Shown piece after piece: positions 39,701 to 56,100 of a stretch of 64,000 nt of DNA; positions within the stretch are counted from its first letter, which is position 1, and every line of letters starts with the position of its first letter. The notes below the pieces were generated by a model. The model was not told the DNA's origin. It did no database searches and saw only the letters and a list, made by a program, of their open reading frames with translations. The position numbers and the translations under genes were made by a program. Source of the DNA: Auanema rhodensis (Eukaryota; Animalia; Nematoda); contig CAXKVF010000090.1 in NCBI GenBank assembly GCA_964057225.1, positions 86,823 to 150,822 on the forward strand. The letters run 5' to 3'.

Positions 39701-41535
39701 TGATGTGCACTTGGTATGTAACTCGCTTCACGTGAAAGATAAAGAGATGCGGTTTTCAAAATTAGATTCCCCATGTCCATATTAGTCTGAAAACAAATTT
39801 TTATTGATATTGGTTCATGGTAACCATGACTTTGAAATTTACGTGAACTTTAATTTATGCTAATTAAATGTACACGTGATGTGCACTTGGTATGTAACTC
39901 GCTTCACGTGAAAGATAAAGAGATGCGGTTTTCAAAATTAGATTCCCCATGTCCATATTAGTCTAAAAACAACTTTTTATTGATATTGGTGCATGGTAAC
40001 CATGACTTTGAAATTTACGTGAACTTTAATTTATGCTAATTAAATGTACACGTGATGTGCACTTGGTATATAACTCGCTTCACGTGAAAGATAAAGAGAT
40101 GCGGTTTTCAAAATTAGATTCCCCATGTCCATATTAGTCTAAAAACAAATTTTTATTGATATTGCTTCATGGTAACCATGACTTTGAAATTTACGTGAAC
40201 TTTAATTTATGCTAATTAAATGTACACGTGATGTGCACTTGGTATGTAACTCGCTTCACGTGAAAGATAAAGAGATGCGGTTTTCAAAATTAGATTCCCC
40301 ATGTCCATATTAGTCTAAAAACAAATTTTTATTGATATTGGTTCATGGTAACCATGACTTTGAAATTTACGTGAACTTTAATTTATGCTAATTAAATGTA
40401 CACGTGATGTGCACTTGGTATGTAACTCGCTTCACGTGAAAGATAAAGAGATGCGGTTTTCAAAATTAGATTCCCCATGTCCATATTAGTCTAAAAACAA
40501 ATTTTTATTGATATTGGTGCATGGTAACCATGACTTTGAAATTTACGTGAACTTTAATTTATGCTAATTAAATGTACACGTGATGTGCACTTGGTATGTA
40601 ACTCGCTTCACGTGAAAGATAAAGAGATGCGGTTTTCAAAATTAGATTCCCCATGTCCATATTAGTCTAAAAACAAATTTTTATTGATATTGGTGCATGG
40701 TAACCATGACTTTGAAATTTACGTGAACTTTAATTTATGCTAATTAAATGTACACGTGATGTGCACTTGGTATGTAACTCGCTTCACGTGAAAGATAAAG
40801 AAATGCGGTTTTCAAAATTAGATTCCCCATGTCCATATTAGTCTAAAAACAAATTTTTATTGATATTGGTTCATGGTAACCATGACTTTGAAATTTACGT
40901 GAACTTTAATTTATGCTAATTAAATGTACACGTGATGTGCACTTGGTATGTAACTCGCTTCACGTGAAAGATAAAGAGATGCGGTTTTCAAAATTAGATT
41001 CCCCATGTCCATATTAGTCTAAAAACAAATTTTTATTGATATTGGTGCATGGTAACCATGACTTTGAAATTTACGTGAACTTTAATTTATGCTAATTAAA
41101 TGTACACGTGATGTGCACTTGGTATGTAACTCGCTTCACGTGAAAGATAAAGAAATGCGGTTTTCAAAATTAGATTCCCCATGTCCATATTAGTCTAAAA
41201 ACAAATTTTTATTGATATTGGTGCATGGTAACCATGACTTTGAAATTTACGTGAACTTTAATTTATGCTAATTAAATGTACACGTGATGTGCACTTGGTA
41301 TGTAACTCGCTTCACGTGAAAGATAAAGAAATGCGGTTTTCAAAATTAGATTCCCCATGTCCATATTAGTCTAAAAACAAATTTTTATTGATATTGGTTC
41401 ATGGTAACCATGACTTTGAAATTTACGTGAACTTTAATTTATGCTAATTAAATGTACACGTGATGTGCACTTGGTATGTAACTCGCTTCACGTGAAAGAT
41501 AAAGAGATGCGGTTTTCAAAATTAGATTCCCCATG

Positions 41536-44500
41536 TCCATATTAGTCTAAAAACAAATTTTTATTGATATTGGTGCATGGTAACCATGACTTTGAAATTT
41601 ACGTGAACTTTAATTTATGCTAATTAAATGTACACGTGATGTGCACTTGGTATGTAACTCGCTTCACGTGAAAGATAAAGAGATGCGGTTTTCAAAATTA
41701 GATTCCCCATGTCCATATTAGTCTAAAAACAAATTTTTATTGATATTGGTTCATGGTAACCATGACTTTGAAATTTACGTGAACTTTAATTTATGCTAAT
41801 TAAATGTACACGTGATGTGCACTTGGTATGTAACTCGCTTCACGTGAAAGATAAAGAGATGCGGTTTTCAAAATTAGATTCCCCATGTCCATATTAGTCT
41901 AAAAACAAATTTTTATTGATATTGCTTCATGGTAACCATGACTTTGAAATTTACGTGAACTTTAATTTATGCTAATTAAATGTACACGTGATGTGCACTT
42001 GGTATGTAACTCGCTTCACGTGAAAGATAAAGAGATGCGGTTTTCAAAATTAGATTCCCCATGTCCATATTAGTCAAAAAACAAATTTTTATTGATATTG
42101 GTGCATGGTAACCATGACTTTGAAATTTACGTGAACTTTAATTTATGCTAATTAAATGTACACGTGATGTGCACTTGGTATGTAACTCGCTTCACGTGAA
42201 AGATAAAGAAATGCGGTTTTCAAAATTAGATTCCCCATGTCCATATTAGTCTAAAAACAAATTTTTATTGATATTGGTTCATGGTAACCATGACTTTGAA
42301 ATTTACGTGAACTTTAATTTATGCTAATTAAATGTACACGTGATGTGCACTTGGTATGTAACTCGCTTCACGTGAAAGATAAAGAGATGCGGTTTTCAAA
42401 ATTAGATTCCCCATGTCCATATTAGTCTAAAAACAGATTTTTATTGATATTGGTTCATGGTAACCATGACTTTGAAATTTACGTGAACTTTAATTTATGC
42501 TAATTAAATGTACACGTGATGTGCACTTGGTATGTAACTCGCTTCACGTGAAAGATAAAGAGATGCGGTTTTCAAAATTAGATTCCCCTTGTCCATATTA
42601 GTCTAAAAACAAATTTTTATTGATATTGGTTCATGGTAACCATGACTTTGAAATTTACGTGAACTTTAATTTATGCTAATTAAATGTACACGTGATGTGC
42701 ACTTGGTATGTAACTCGCTTCACGTGAAAGATAAAGAAATGCGGTTTTCAAAATTAGATTCCCCATGTCCATATTAGTCTAAAAACAAATTTTTATTGAT
42801 ATTGGTTCATGGTAACCATGACTTTGAAATTTACGTGAACTTTAATTTATGCTAATTAAATGTACACGTGATGTGCACTTGGTATGTAACTCGCTTCACG
42901 TGAAAGATAAAGAGATGCGGTTTTCAAAATTAGATTCCCCATGTCCATATTAGTCTAAAAACAAATTTTTATTGATATTGGTTCATGGTAACCATGACTT
43001 TGAAATTTACGTGAACTTTAATTTATGCTAATTAAATGTACACGTGATGTGCACTTGGTATGTAACTCGCTTCACGTGAAAGATAAAGAGATGCGGTTTT
43101 CAAAATTAGATTCCCCATGTCCATATTAGTCTAAAAACAAATTTTTATTGATATTGGTGCATGGTAACCATGACTTTGAAATTTACGTGAACTTTAATTT
43201 ATGCTAATTAAATGTACACGTGATGTGCACTTGGTATGTAACTCGCTTCACGTGAAAGATAAAGAAATGCGGTTTTCAAAATTAGATTCCTCATGTCCAT
43301 ATTAGTCTAAAAACAAATTTTTATTGATATTGGTTCATGGTAACCATGACTTTGAAATTTACGTGAACTTTAATTTATGCTAATTAAATGTACACGTGAT
43401 GTGCACTTGGTATGTAACTCGCTTCACGTGAAAGATAAAGAAATGCGGTTTTCAAAATTAGATTCCCCGTGTCCATATTAGTCTAAAAACAAATTTTTAT
43501 TGATATTGGTTCATGGTAACCATGACTTTGAAATTTACGTGAACTTTAATTTATGCTAATTAAATGTACACGTGATGTGCACTTGGTATGTAACTCGCTT
43601 CACGTGAAAGATAAAGAGATGCGGTTTTCAAAATTAGATTCCCCATGTCCATATTAGTCTAAAAACAAATTTTTATTGATATTGGTGCATGGTAACCATG
43701 ACTTTGAAATTTACGTGAACTTTAATTTATGCTAATTAAATGTACACGTGATGTGCACTTGGTATGTAACTCGCTTCACGTGAAAGATAAAGAGATGCGG
43801 TTTTCAAAATTAGATTCCCCATGTCCATATTAGTCTAAAAACAAATTTTTATTGATATTGGTTCATGGTAACCATGACTTTGAAATTTACGTGAACTTTA
43901 ATTTATGCTAATTAAATGTACACGTGATGTGCACTTGGTATGTAACTCGCTTCACGTGAAAGATAAAGAGATGCGGTTTTCAAAATTAGATTCCCCATGT
44001 CCATATTAGTCTAAAAACAAATTTTTATTGATATTGCTTCATGGTAACCATGACTTTGAAATTTACGTGAACTTTAATTTATGCTAATTAAATGTACACG
44101 TGATGTGCACTTGGTATGTAACTCGCTTCACGTGAAAGATAAAGAGATGCGGTTTTCAAAATTAGATTCCCCATGTCCATATTAGTCTAAAAACAAATTT
44201 TTATTGATATTGGTGCATGGTAACCATGACTTTGAAATTTACGTGAACTTTAATTTATGCTAATTAAATGTACACGTGATGTGCACTTGGTATGTAACTC
44301 GCTTCACGTGAAAGATAAAGAGATGCGGTTTTCAAAATTAGATTCCCCATGTCCATATTAGTCTAAAAACAAATTTTTATTGATATTGGTGCATGGTAAC
44401 CATGACTTTGAAATTTACGTGAACTTTAATTTATGCTAATTAAATGTACACGTGATGTGCACTTGGTATGTAACTCGCTTCACGTGAAAGATAAAGAGAT

Positions 44501-47100
44501 GCGGTTTTCAAAATTAGATTCCCCATGTCCATATTAGTCTAAAAACAAATTTTTATTGATATTGGTTCATGGTAACCATGACTTTGAAATTTACGTGAAC
44601 TTTAATTTATGCTAATTAAATGTACACGTGATGTGCACTTGGTATGTAACTCGCTTCACGTGAAAGATAAAGAGATGCGGTTTTCAAAATTAGATTCCCC
44701 ATGTCCATATTAGTCTAAAAACAAATTTTTATTGATATTGCTTCATGGTAACCATGACTTTGAAATTTACGTGAACTTTAATTTATGCTAATTAAATGTA
44801 CACGTGATGTGCACTTGGTATGTAACTCGCTTCACGTGAAAGATAAAGAGATGCGGTTTTCAAAATTAGATTCCCCATGTCCATATTAGTCAAAAAACAA
44901 ATTTTTATTGATATTGGTGCATGGTAACCATGACTTTGAAATTTACGTGAACTTTAATTTATGCTAATTAAATGTACACGTGATGTGCACTTGGTATGTA
45001 ACTCGCTTCACGTGAAAGATAAAGAAATGCGGTTTTCAAAATTAGATTCCCCATGTCCATATTAGTCTAAAAACAAATTTTTATTGATATTGGTTCATGG
45101 TAACCATGACTTTGAAATTTACGTGAACTTTAATTTATGCTAATTAAATGTACACGTGATGTGCACTTGGTATGTAACTCGCTTCACGTGAAAGATAAAG
45201 AGATGCGGTTTTCAAAATTAGATTCCCCATGTCCATATTAGTCTAAAAACAGATTTTTATTGATATTGGTTCATGGTAACCATGACTTTGAAATTTACGT
45301 GAACTTTAATTTATGCTAATTAAATGTACACGTGATGTGCACTTGGTATGTAACTCGCTTCACGTGAAAGATAAAGAGATGCGGTTTTCAAAATTAGATT
45401 CCCCTTGTCCATATTAGTCTAAAAACAAATTTTTATTGATATTGGTTCATGGTAACCATGACTTTGAAATTTACGTGAACTTTAATTTATGCTAATTAAA
45501 TGTACACGTGATGTGCACTTGGTATGTAACTCGCTTCACGTGAAAGATAAAGAAATGCGGTTTTCAAAATTAGATTCCCCATGTCCATATTAGTCTAAAA
45601 ACAAATTTTTATTGATATTGGTTCATGGTAACCATGACTTTGAAATTTACGTGAACTTTAATTTATGCTAATTAAATGTACACGTGATGTGCACTTGGTA
45701 TGTAACTCGCTTCACGTGAAAGATAAAGAGATGCGGTTTTCAAAATTAGATTCCCCATGTCCATATTAGTCTAAAAACAAATTTTTATTGATATTGGTTC
45801 ATGGTAACCATGACTTTGAAATTTACGTGAACTTTAATTTATGCTAATTAAATGTACACGTGATGTGCACTTGGTATGTAACTCGCTTCACGTGAAAGAT
45901 AAAGAGATGCGGTTTTCAAAATTAGATTCCCCATGTCCATATTAGTCTAAAAACAAATTTTTATTGATATTGGTGCATGGTAACCATGACTTTGAAATTT
46001 ACGTGAACTTTAATTTATGCTAATTAAATGTACACGTGATGTGCACTTGGTATGTAACTCGCTTCACGTGAAAGATAAAGAAATGCGGTTTTCAAAATTA
46101 GATTCCTCATGTCCATATTAGTCTAAAAACAAATTTTTATTGATATTGGTTCATGGTAACCATGACTTTGAAATTTACGTGAACTTTAATTTATGCTAAT
46201 TAAATGTACACGTGATGTGCACTTGGTATGTAACTCGCTTCACGTGAAAGATAAAGAAATGCGGTTTTCAAAATTAGATTCCCCGTGTCCATATTAGTCT
46301 AAAAACAAATTTTTATTGATATTGGTTCATGGTAACCATGACTTTGAAATTTACGTGAACTTTAATTTATGCTAATTAAATGTACACGTGATGTGCACTT
46401 GGTATGTAACTCGCTTCACGTGAAAGATAAAGAGATGCGGTTTTCAAAATTAGATTCCCCATGTCCATATTAGTCTAAAAACAAATTTTTATTGATATTG
46501 GTGCATGGTAACCATGACTTTGAAATTTACGTGAACTTTAATTTATGCTAATTAAATGTACACGTGATGTGCACTTGGTATGTAACTCGCTTCACGTGAA
46601 AGATAAAGAGATGCGGTTTTCAAAATTAGATTCCCCATGTCCATATTAGTCTAAAAACAAATTTTTATTGATATTGGTTCATGGTAACCATGACTTTGAA
46701 ATTTACGTGAACTTTAATTTATGCTAATTAAATGTACACGTGATGTGCACTTGGTATGTAACTCGCTTCACGTGAAAGATAAAGAGATGCGGTTTTCAAA
46801 ATTAGATTCCCCATGTCCATATTAGTCTAAAAACAAATTTTTATTGATATTGCTTCATGGTAACCATGACTTTGAAATTTACGTGAACTTTAATTTATGC
46901 TAATTAAATGTACACGTGATGTGCACTTGGTATGTAACTCGCTTCACGTGAAAGATAAAGAGATGCGGTTTTCAAAATTAGATTCCCCATGTCCATATTA
47001 GTCTAAAAACAAATTTTTATTGATATTGGTGCATGGTAACCATGACTTTGAAATTTACGTGAACTTTAATTTATGCTAATTAAATGTACACGTGATGTGC
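41536..47100. repeat. Local higher-order repeat: 16-monomer unit (2816 bp) x2
   Basis: A13 42076/44892, G21 42436/45252, T172 43291/46107 and G174 43469/46285 are all +2816. Confidence 0.92.
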
Positions 47101-50100
47101 ACTTGGTATGTAACTCGCTTCACGTGAAAGATAAAGAAATGCGGTTTTCAAAATTAGATTCCCCATGTCCATATTAGTCTAAAAACAAATTTTTATTGAT
47201 ATTGGTTCATGGTAACCATGACTTTGAAATTTACGTGAACTTTAATTTATGCTAATTAAATGTACACGTGATGTGCACTTGGTATGTAACTCGCTTCACG
47301 TGAAAGATAAAGAGATGCGGTTTTCAAAATTAGATTCCCCATGTCCATATTAGTCTAAAAACAGATTTTTATTGATATTGGTTCATGGTAACCATGACTT
47401 TGAAATTTACGTGAACTTTAATTTATGCTAATTAAATGTACACGTGATGTGCACTTGGTATGTAACTCGCTTCACGTGAAAGATAAAGAGATGCGGTTTT
47501 CAAAATTAGATTCCCCTTGTCCATATTAGTCTAAAAACAAATTTTTATTGATATTGGTTCATGGTAACCATGACTTTGAAATTTACGTGAACTTTAATTT
47601 ATGCTAATTAAATGTACACGTGATGTGCACTTGGTATGTAACTCGCTTCACGTGAAAGATAAAGAAATGCGGTTTTCAAAATTAGATTCCCCATGTCCAT
47701 ATTAGTCTAAAAACAAATTTTTATTGATATTGGTTCATGGTAACCATGACTTTGAAATTTACGTGAACTTTAATTTATGCTAATTAAATGTACACGTGAT
47801 GTGCACTTGGTATGTAACTCGCTTCACGTGAAAGATAAAGAGATGCGGTTTTCAAAATTAGATTCCCCATGTCCATATTAGTCTAAAAACAAATTTTTAT
47901 TGATATTGGTTCATGGTAACCATGACTTTGAAATTTACGTGAACTTTAATTTATGCTAATTAAATGTACACGTGATGTGCACTTGGTATGTAACTCGCTT
48001 CACGTGAAAGATAAAGAGATGCGGTTTTCAAAATTAGATTCCCCATGTCCATATTAGTCTAAAAACAAATTTTTATTGATATTGGTTCATGGTAACCATG
48101 ACTTTGAAATTTACGTGAACTTTAATTTATGCTAATTAAATGTACACGTGATGTGCACTTGGTATGTAACTCGCTTCACGTGAAAGATAAAGAGATGCGG
48201 TTTTCAAAATTAGATTCCCCATGTCCATATTAGTCTAAAAACAAATTTTTATTGATATTGGTGCATGGTAACCATGACTTTGAAATTTACGTGAACTTTA
48301 ATTTATGCTAATTAAATGTACACGTGATGTGCACTTGGTATGTAACTCGCTTCACGTGAAAGATAAAGAAATGCGGTTTTCAAAATTAGATTCCTCATGT
48401 CCATATTAGTCTAAAAACAAATTTTTATTGATATTGGTTCATGGTAACCATGACTTTGAAATTTACGTGAACTTTAATTTATGCTAATTAAATGTACACG
48501 TGATGTGCACTTGGTATGTAACTCGCTTCACGTGAAAGATAAAGAGATGCGGTTTTCAAAATTAGATTCCCCATGTCCATATTAGTCTAAAAACAAATTT
48601 TTATTGATATTGGTTCATGGTAACCATGACTTTGAAATTTACGTGAACTTTAATTTATGCTAATTAAATGTACACGTGATGTGCACTTGGTATGTAACTC
48701 GCTTCACGTGAAAGATAAAGAGATGCGGTTTTTAAAATTAGATTCCCCATGTCCATATTAGTCTAAAAACAAATTTTTATTGATATTGGTTCATGGTAAC
48801 CATGACTTTGAAATTTACGTGAACTTTAATTTATGCTAATTAAATGTACACGTGATGTGCACTTGGTATGTAACTCGCTTCACGTGAAAGATAAAGAGAT
48901 GCGGTTTTCAAAATTAGATTCCCCATGTCCATATTAGTCTAAAAACAAATTTTTATTGATATTGGTGCATGGTAACCATGACTTTGAAATTTACGTGAAC
49001 TTTAATTTATGCTAATTAAATGTACACGTGATGTGCACTTGGTATGTAACTCGCTTCACGTGAAAGATAAAGAAATGCGGTTTTCAAAATTAGATTCCCC
49101 ATGTCCATATTAGTCTAAAAACAAATTTTTATTGATATTGGTTCATGGTAACCATGACTTTGAAATTTACGTGAACTTTAATTTATGCTAATTAAATGTA
49201 CACGTGATGTGCACTTGGTATGTAACTCGCTTCACGTGAAAGATAAAGAGATGCGGTTTTCAAAATTAGATTCCCCATGTCCATATTAGTCTAAAAACAA
49301 ATTTTTATTGATATTGGTTCATGGTAACCATGACTTTGAAATTTACGTGAACTTTAATTTATGCTAATTAAATGTACACGTGATGTGCACTTGGTATGTA
49401 ACTCGCTTCACGTGAAAGATAAAGAGATGCGGTTTTCAAAATTAGATTCCCCATGTCCATATTAGTCTAAAAACAAATTTTTATTGATATTGGTTCATAG
49501 TAACCATGACTTTGAAATTTACGTGAACTTTAATTTATGCTAATTAAATGTACACGTGATGTGCACTTGGTATGTAACTCGCTTCACGTGAAAGATAAAG
49601 AGATGCGGTTTTCAAAATTAGATTCCCCATGTCCATATTAGTCTAAAAACAAATTTTTATTGATATTGCTTCATGGTAACCATGACTTTGAAATTTACGT
49701 GAACTTTAATTTATGCTAATTAAATGTACACGTGATGTGCACTTGGTATGTAACTCGCTTCACGTGAAAGATAAAGAGATGCGGTTTTCAAAATTAGATT
49801 CCCCATGTCCATATTAGTCTAAAAACAAATTTTTATTGATATTGGTGCATGGTAACCATGACTTTGAAATTTACGTGAACTTTAATTTATGCTAATTAAA
49901 TGTACACGTGATGTGCACTTGGTATGTAACTCGCTTCACGTGAAAGATAAAGAAATGCGGTTTTCAAAATTAGATTCCCCATGTCCATATTAGTCTAAAA
50001 ACAAATTTTTATTGATATTGGTTCATGGTAACCATGACTTTGAAATTTACGTGAACTTTAATTTATGCTAATTAAATGTACACGTGATGTGCACTTGGTA

Positions 50101-53100
50101 TGTAACTCGCTTCACGTGAAAGATAAAGAGATGCGGTTTTCAAAATTAGATTCCCCATGTCCATATTAGTCTAAAAACAAATTTTTATTGATATTGGTTC
50201 ATGGTAACCATGACTTTGAAATTTACGTGAACTTTAATTTATGCTAATTAAATGTACACGTGATGTGCACTTGGTATGTAACTCGCTTCACGTGAAAGAT
50301 AAAGAGAAGCGGTTCTCAAAATTAGATTCCCCTTGTCCATATTAGTCTAAAAACAAATTTTTATTGATATTGGTTCATGGTAACCATGACTTTGAAATTT
50401 ACGTGAACTTTAATTTATGCTAATTAAATGTACACGTGATGTGCACTTGGTATGTAACTCGCTTCACGTGAAAGATAAAGAAATGCGGTTTTCAAAATTA
50501 GATTCCCCATGTCCATATTAGTCTAAAAACAAATTTTTATTGATATTGGTTCATGGTAACCATGACTTTGAAATTTACGTGAACTTTAATTTATGCTAAT
50601 TAAATGTACACGTGATGTGCACTTGGTATGTAACTCGCTTCACGTGAAAGATAAAGAGATGCGGTTTTCAAAATTAGATTCCCCATGTCCATATTAGTCT
50701 AAAAACAAATTTTTATTGATATTGGTTCATGGTAACCATGACTTTGAAATTTACGTGAACTTTAATTTATGCTAATTAAATGTACACGTGATGTGCACTT
50801 GGTATGTAACTCGCTTCACGTGAAAGATAAAGAGATGCGGTTTTCAAAATTAGATTCCCCATGTCCATATTAGTCTAAAAACAAATTTTTATTGATATTG
50901 GTTCATGGTAACCATGACTTTGAAATTTACGTTAACTTTAATTTATGCTAATTAAATGTACACGTGATGTGCACTTGGTATGTAACTCGCTTCACGTGAA
51001 AGATAAAGAGATGCGGTTTTCAAAATTAGATTCCCCATGTCCATATTAGTCTAAAAACAAATTTTTATTGATATTGGTGCATGGTAACCATGACTTTGAA
51101 ATTTACGTGAACTTTAATTTATGCTAATTAAATGTACACGTGATGTGCACTTGGTATGTAACTCGCTTCACGTGAAAGATAAAGAAATGCGGTTTTCAAA
51201 ATTAGATTCCTCATGTCCATATTAGTCTAAAAACAAATTTTTATTGATATTGGTTCATGGTAACCATGACTTTGAAATTTACGTGAACTTTAATTTATGC
51301 TAATTAAATGTACACGTGATGTGCACTTGGTATGTAACTCGCTTCACGTGAAAGATAAAGAGATGCGGTTTTCAAAATTAGATTCCCCATGTCCATATTA
51401 GTCTAAAAACAAATTTTTATTGATATTGGTTCATGGTAACCATGACTTTGAAATTTACGTGAACTTTAATTTATGCTAATTAAATGTACACGTGATGTGC
51501 ACTTGGTATGTAACTCGCTTCACGTGAAAGATAAAGAGATGCGGTTTTTAAAATTAGATTCCCCATGTCCATATTAGTCTAAAAACAAATTTTTATTGAT
51601 ATTGGTTCATGGTAACCATGACTTTGAAATTTACGTGAACTTTAATTTATGCTAATTAAATGTACACGTGATGTGCACTTGGTATGTAACTCGCTTCACG
51701 TGAAAGATAAAGAGATGCGGTTTTCAAAATTAGATTCCCCATGTCCATATTAGTCTAAAAACAAATTTTTATTGATATTGGTGCATGGTAACCATGACTT
51801 TGAAATTTACGTGAACTTTAATTTATGCTAATTAAATGTACACGTGATGTGCACTTGGTATGTAACTCGCTTCACGTGAAAGATAAAGAAATGCGGTTTT
51901 CAAAATTAGATTCCCCATGTCCATATTAGTCTAAAAACAAATTTTTATTGATATTGGTTCATGGTAACCATGACTTTGAAATTTACGTGAACTTTAATTT
52001 ATGCTAATTAAATGTACACGTGATGTGCACTTGGTATGTAACTCGCTTCACGTGAAAGATAAAGAGATGCGGTTTTCAAAATTAGATTCCCCATGTCCAT
52101 ATTAGTCTAAAAACAAATTTTTATTGATATTGGTTCATGGTAACCATGACTTTGAAATTTACGTGAACTTTAATTTATGCTAATTAAATGTACACGTGAT
52201 GTGCACTTGGTATGTAACTCGCTTCACGTGAAAGATAAAGAGATGCGGTTTTCAAAATTAGATTCCCATGTCCATATTAGTCTAAAAACAAATTTTTATT
52301 GATATTGGTTCATGGTAACCATGACTTTGAAATTTACGTGAACTTTAATTTATGCTAATTAAATGTACACGTGATGTGCACTTGGTATGTAACTCGCTTC
52401 ACGTGAAAGATAAAGAGATGCGGTTTTCAAAATTAGATTCCCCATGTCCATATTAGTCTAAAAACAAATTTTTATTGATATTGGTTCATGGTAACCATGA
52501 CTTTGAAATTTACGTGAACTTTAATTTATGCTAATTAAATGTACACGTGATGTGCACTTGGTATGTAACTCGCTTCACGTGAAAGATAAAGAGATGCGGT
52601 TTTCAAAATTAGATTCCCCATGTCCATATTAGTCTAAAAACAAATTTTTATTGATATTGCTTCATGGTAACCATGACTTTGAAATTTACGTGAACTTTAA
52701 TTTATGCTAATTAAATGTACACGTGATGTGCACTTGGTATGTAACTCGCTTCACGTGAAAGATAAAGAGATGCGGTTTTCAAAATTAGATTCCCCATGTC
52801 CATATTAGTCTAAAAACAAATTTTTATTGATATTGGTGCATGGTAACCATGACTTTGAAATTTACGTGAACTTTAATTTATGCTAATTAAATGTACACGT
52901 GATGTGCACTTGGTATGTAACTCGCTTCACGTGAAAGATAAAGAAATGCGGTTTTCAAAATTAGATTCCTCATGTCCATATTAGTCTAAAAACAAATTTT
53001 TATTGATATTGGTTCATGGTAACCATGACTTTGAAATTTACGTGAACTTTAATTTATGCTAATTAAATGTACACGTGATGTGCACTTGGTATGTAACTCG

Positions 53101-56100
53101 CTTCACGTGAAAGATAAAGAAATGCGGTTTTCAAAATTAGATTCCCCGTGTCCATATTAGTCTAAAAACAAATTTTTATTGATATTGGTTCATGGTAACC
53201 ATGACTTTGAAATTTACGTGAACTTTAATTTATGCTAATTAAATGTACACGTGATGTGCACTTGGTATGTAACTCGCTTCACGTGAAAGATAAAGAGATG
53301 CGGTTTTCAAAATTAGATTCCCCATGTCCATATTAGTCTAAAAACAAATTTTTATTGATATTGGTGCATGGTAACCATGACTTTGAAATTTACGTGAACT
53401 TTAATTTATGCTAATTAAATGTACACGTGATGTGCACTTGGTATGTAACTCGCTTCACGTGAAAGATAAAGAGATGCGGTTTTCAAAATTAGATTCCCCA
53501 TGTCCATATTAGTCTAAAAACAAATTTTTATTGATATTGGTTCATGGTAACCATGACTTTGAAATTTACGTGAACTTTAATTTATGCTAATTAAATGTAC
53601 ACGTGATGTGCACTTGGTATGTAACTCGCTTCACGTGAAAGATAAAGAGATGCGGTTTTCAAAATTAGATTCCCCATGTCCATATTAGTCTAAAAACAAA
53701 TTTTTATTGATATTGCTTCATGGTAACCATGACTTTGAAATTTACGTGAACTTTAATTTATGCTAATTAAATGTACACGTGATGTGCACTTGGTATGTAA
53801 CTCGCTTCACGTGAAAGATAAAGAGATGCGGTTTTCAAAATTAGATTCCCCATGTCCATATTAGTCTAAAAACAAATTTTTATTGATATTGGTGCATGGT
53901 AACCATGACTTTGAAATTTACGTGAACTTTAATTTATGCTAATTAAATGTACACGTGATGTGCACTTGGTATGTAACTCGCTTCACGTGAAAGATAAAGA
54001 AATGCGGTTTTCAAAATTAGATTCCCCATGTCCATATTAGTCTAAAAACAAATTTTTATTGATATTGGTTCATGGTAACCATGACTTTGAAATTTACGTG
54101 AACTTTAATTTATGCTAATTAAATGTACACGTGATGTGCACTTGGTATGTAACTCGCTTCACGTGAAAGATAAAGAGATGCGGTTTTCAAAATTAGATTC
54201 CCCATGTCCATATTAGTCTAAAAACAGATTTTTATTGATATTGGTTCATGGTAACCATGACTTTGAAATTTACGTGAACTTTAATTTATGCTAATTAAAT
54301 GTACACGTGATGTGCACTTGGTATGTAACTCGCTTCACGTGAAAGATAAAGAGATGCGGTTTTCAAAATTAGATTCCCCTTGTCCATATTAGTCTAAAAA
54401 CAAATTTTTATTGATATTGGTTCATGGTAACCATGACTTTGAAATTTACGTGAACTTTAATTTATGCTAATTAAATGTACACGTGATGTGCACTTGGTAT
54501 GTAACTCGCTTCACGTGAAAGATAAAGAAATGCGGTTTTCAAAATTAGATTCCCCATGTCCATATTAGTCTAAAAACAAATTTTTATTGATATTGGTTCA
54601 TGGTAACCATGACTTTGAAATTTACGTGAACTTTAATTTATGCTAATTAAATGTACACGTGATGTGCACTTGGTATGTAACTCGCTTCACGTGAAAGATA
54701 AAGAGATGCGGTTTTCAAAATTAGATTCCCCATGTCCATATTAGTCTAAAAACAAATTTTTATTGATATTGGTTCATGGTAACCATGACTTTGAAATTTA
54801 CGTGAACTTTAATTTATGCTAATTAAATGTACACGTGATGTGCACTTGGTATGTAACTCGCTTCACGTGAAAGATAAAGAGATGCGGTTTTCAAAATTAG
54901 ATTCCCCATGTCCATATTAGTCTAAAAACAAATTTTTATTGATATTGGTTCATGGTAACCATGACTTTGAAATTTACGTGAACTTTAATTTATGCTAATT
55001 AAATGTACACGTGATGTGCACTTGGTATGTAACTCGCTTCACGTGAAAGATAAAGAGATGCGGTTTTCAAAATTAGATTCCCCATGTCCATATTAGTCTA
55101 AAAACAAATTTTTATTGATATTGGTGCATGGTAACCATGACTTTGAAATTTACGTGAACTTTAATTTATGCTAATTAAATGTACACGTGATGTGCACTTG
55201 GTATGTAACTCGCTTCACGTGAAAGATAAAGAAATGCGGTTTTCAAAATTAGATTCCTCATGTCCATATTAGTCTAAAAACAAATTTTTATTGATATTGG
55301 TTCATGGTAACCATGACTTTGAAATTTACGTGAACTTTAATTTATGCTAATTAAATGTACACGTGATGTGCACTTGGTATGTAACTCGCTTCACGTGAAA
55401 GATAAAGAGATGCGGTTTTCAAAATTAGATTCCCCATGTCCATATTAGTCTAAAAACAAATTTTTATTGATATTGGTTCATGGTAACCATGACTTTGAAA
55501 TTTACGTGAACTTTAATTTATGCTAATTAAATGTACACGTGATGTGCACTTGGTATGTAACTCGCTTCACGTGAAAGATAAAGAGATGCGGTTTTCAAAA
55601 TTAGATTCCCCATGTCCATATTAGTCTAAAAACAAATTTTTATTGATATTGGTTCATGGTAACCATGACTTTGAAATTTACGTGAACTTTAATTTATGCT
55701 AATTAAATGTACACGTGATGTGCACTTGGTATGTAACTCGCTTCACGTGAAAGATAAAGAGAAGCGGTTCTCAAAATTAGATTCCCCTTGTCCATATTAG
55801 TCTAAAAACAAATTTTTATTGATATTGGTTCATGGTAACCATGACTTTGAAATTTACGTGAACTTTAATTTATGCTAATTAAATGTACACGTGATGTGCA
55901 CTTGGTATGTAACTCGCTTCACGTGAAAGATAAAGAAATGCGGTTTTCAAAATTAGATTCCCCATGTCCATATTAGTCTAAAAACAAATTTTTATTGATA
56001 TTGGTTCATGGTAACCATGACTTTGAAATTTACGTGAACTTTAATTTATGCTAATTAAATGTACACGTGATGTGCACTTGGTATGTAACTCGCTTCACGT

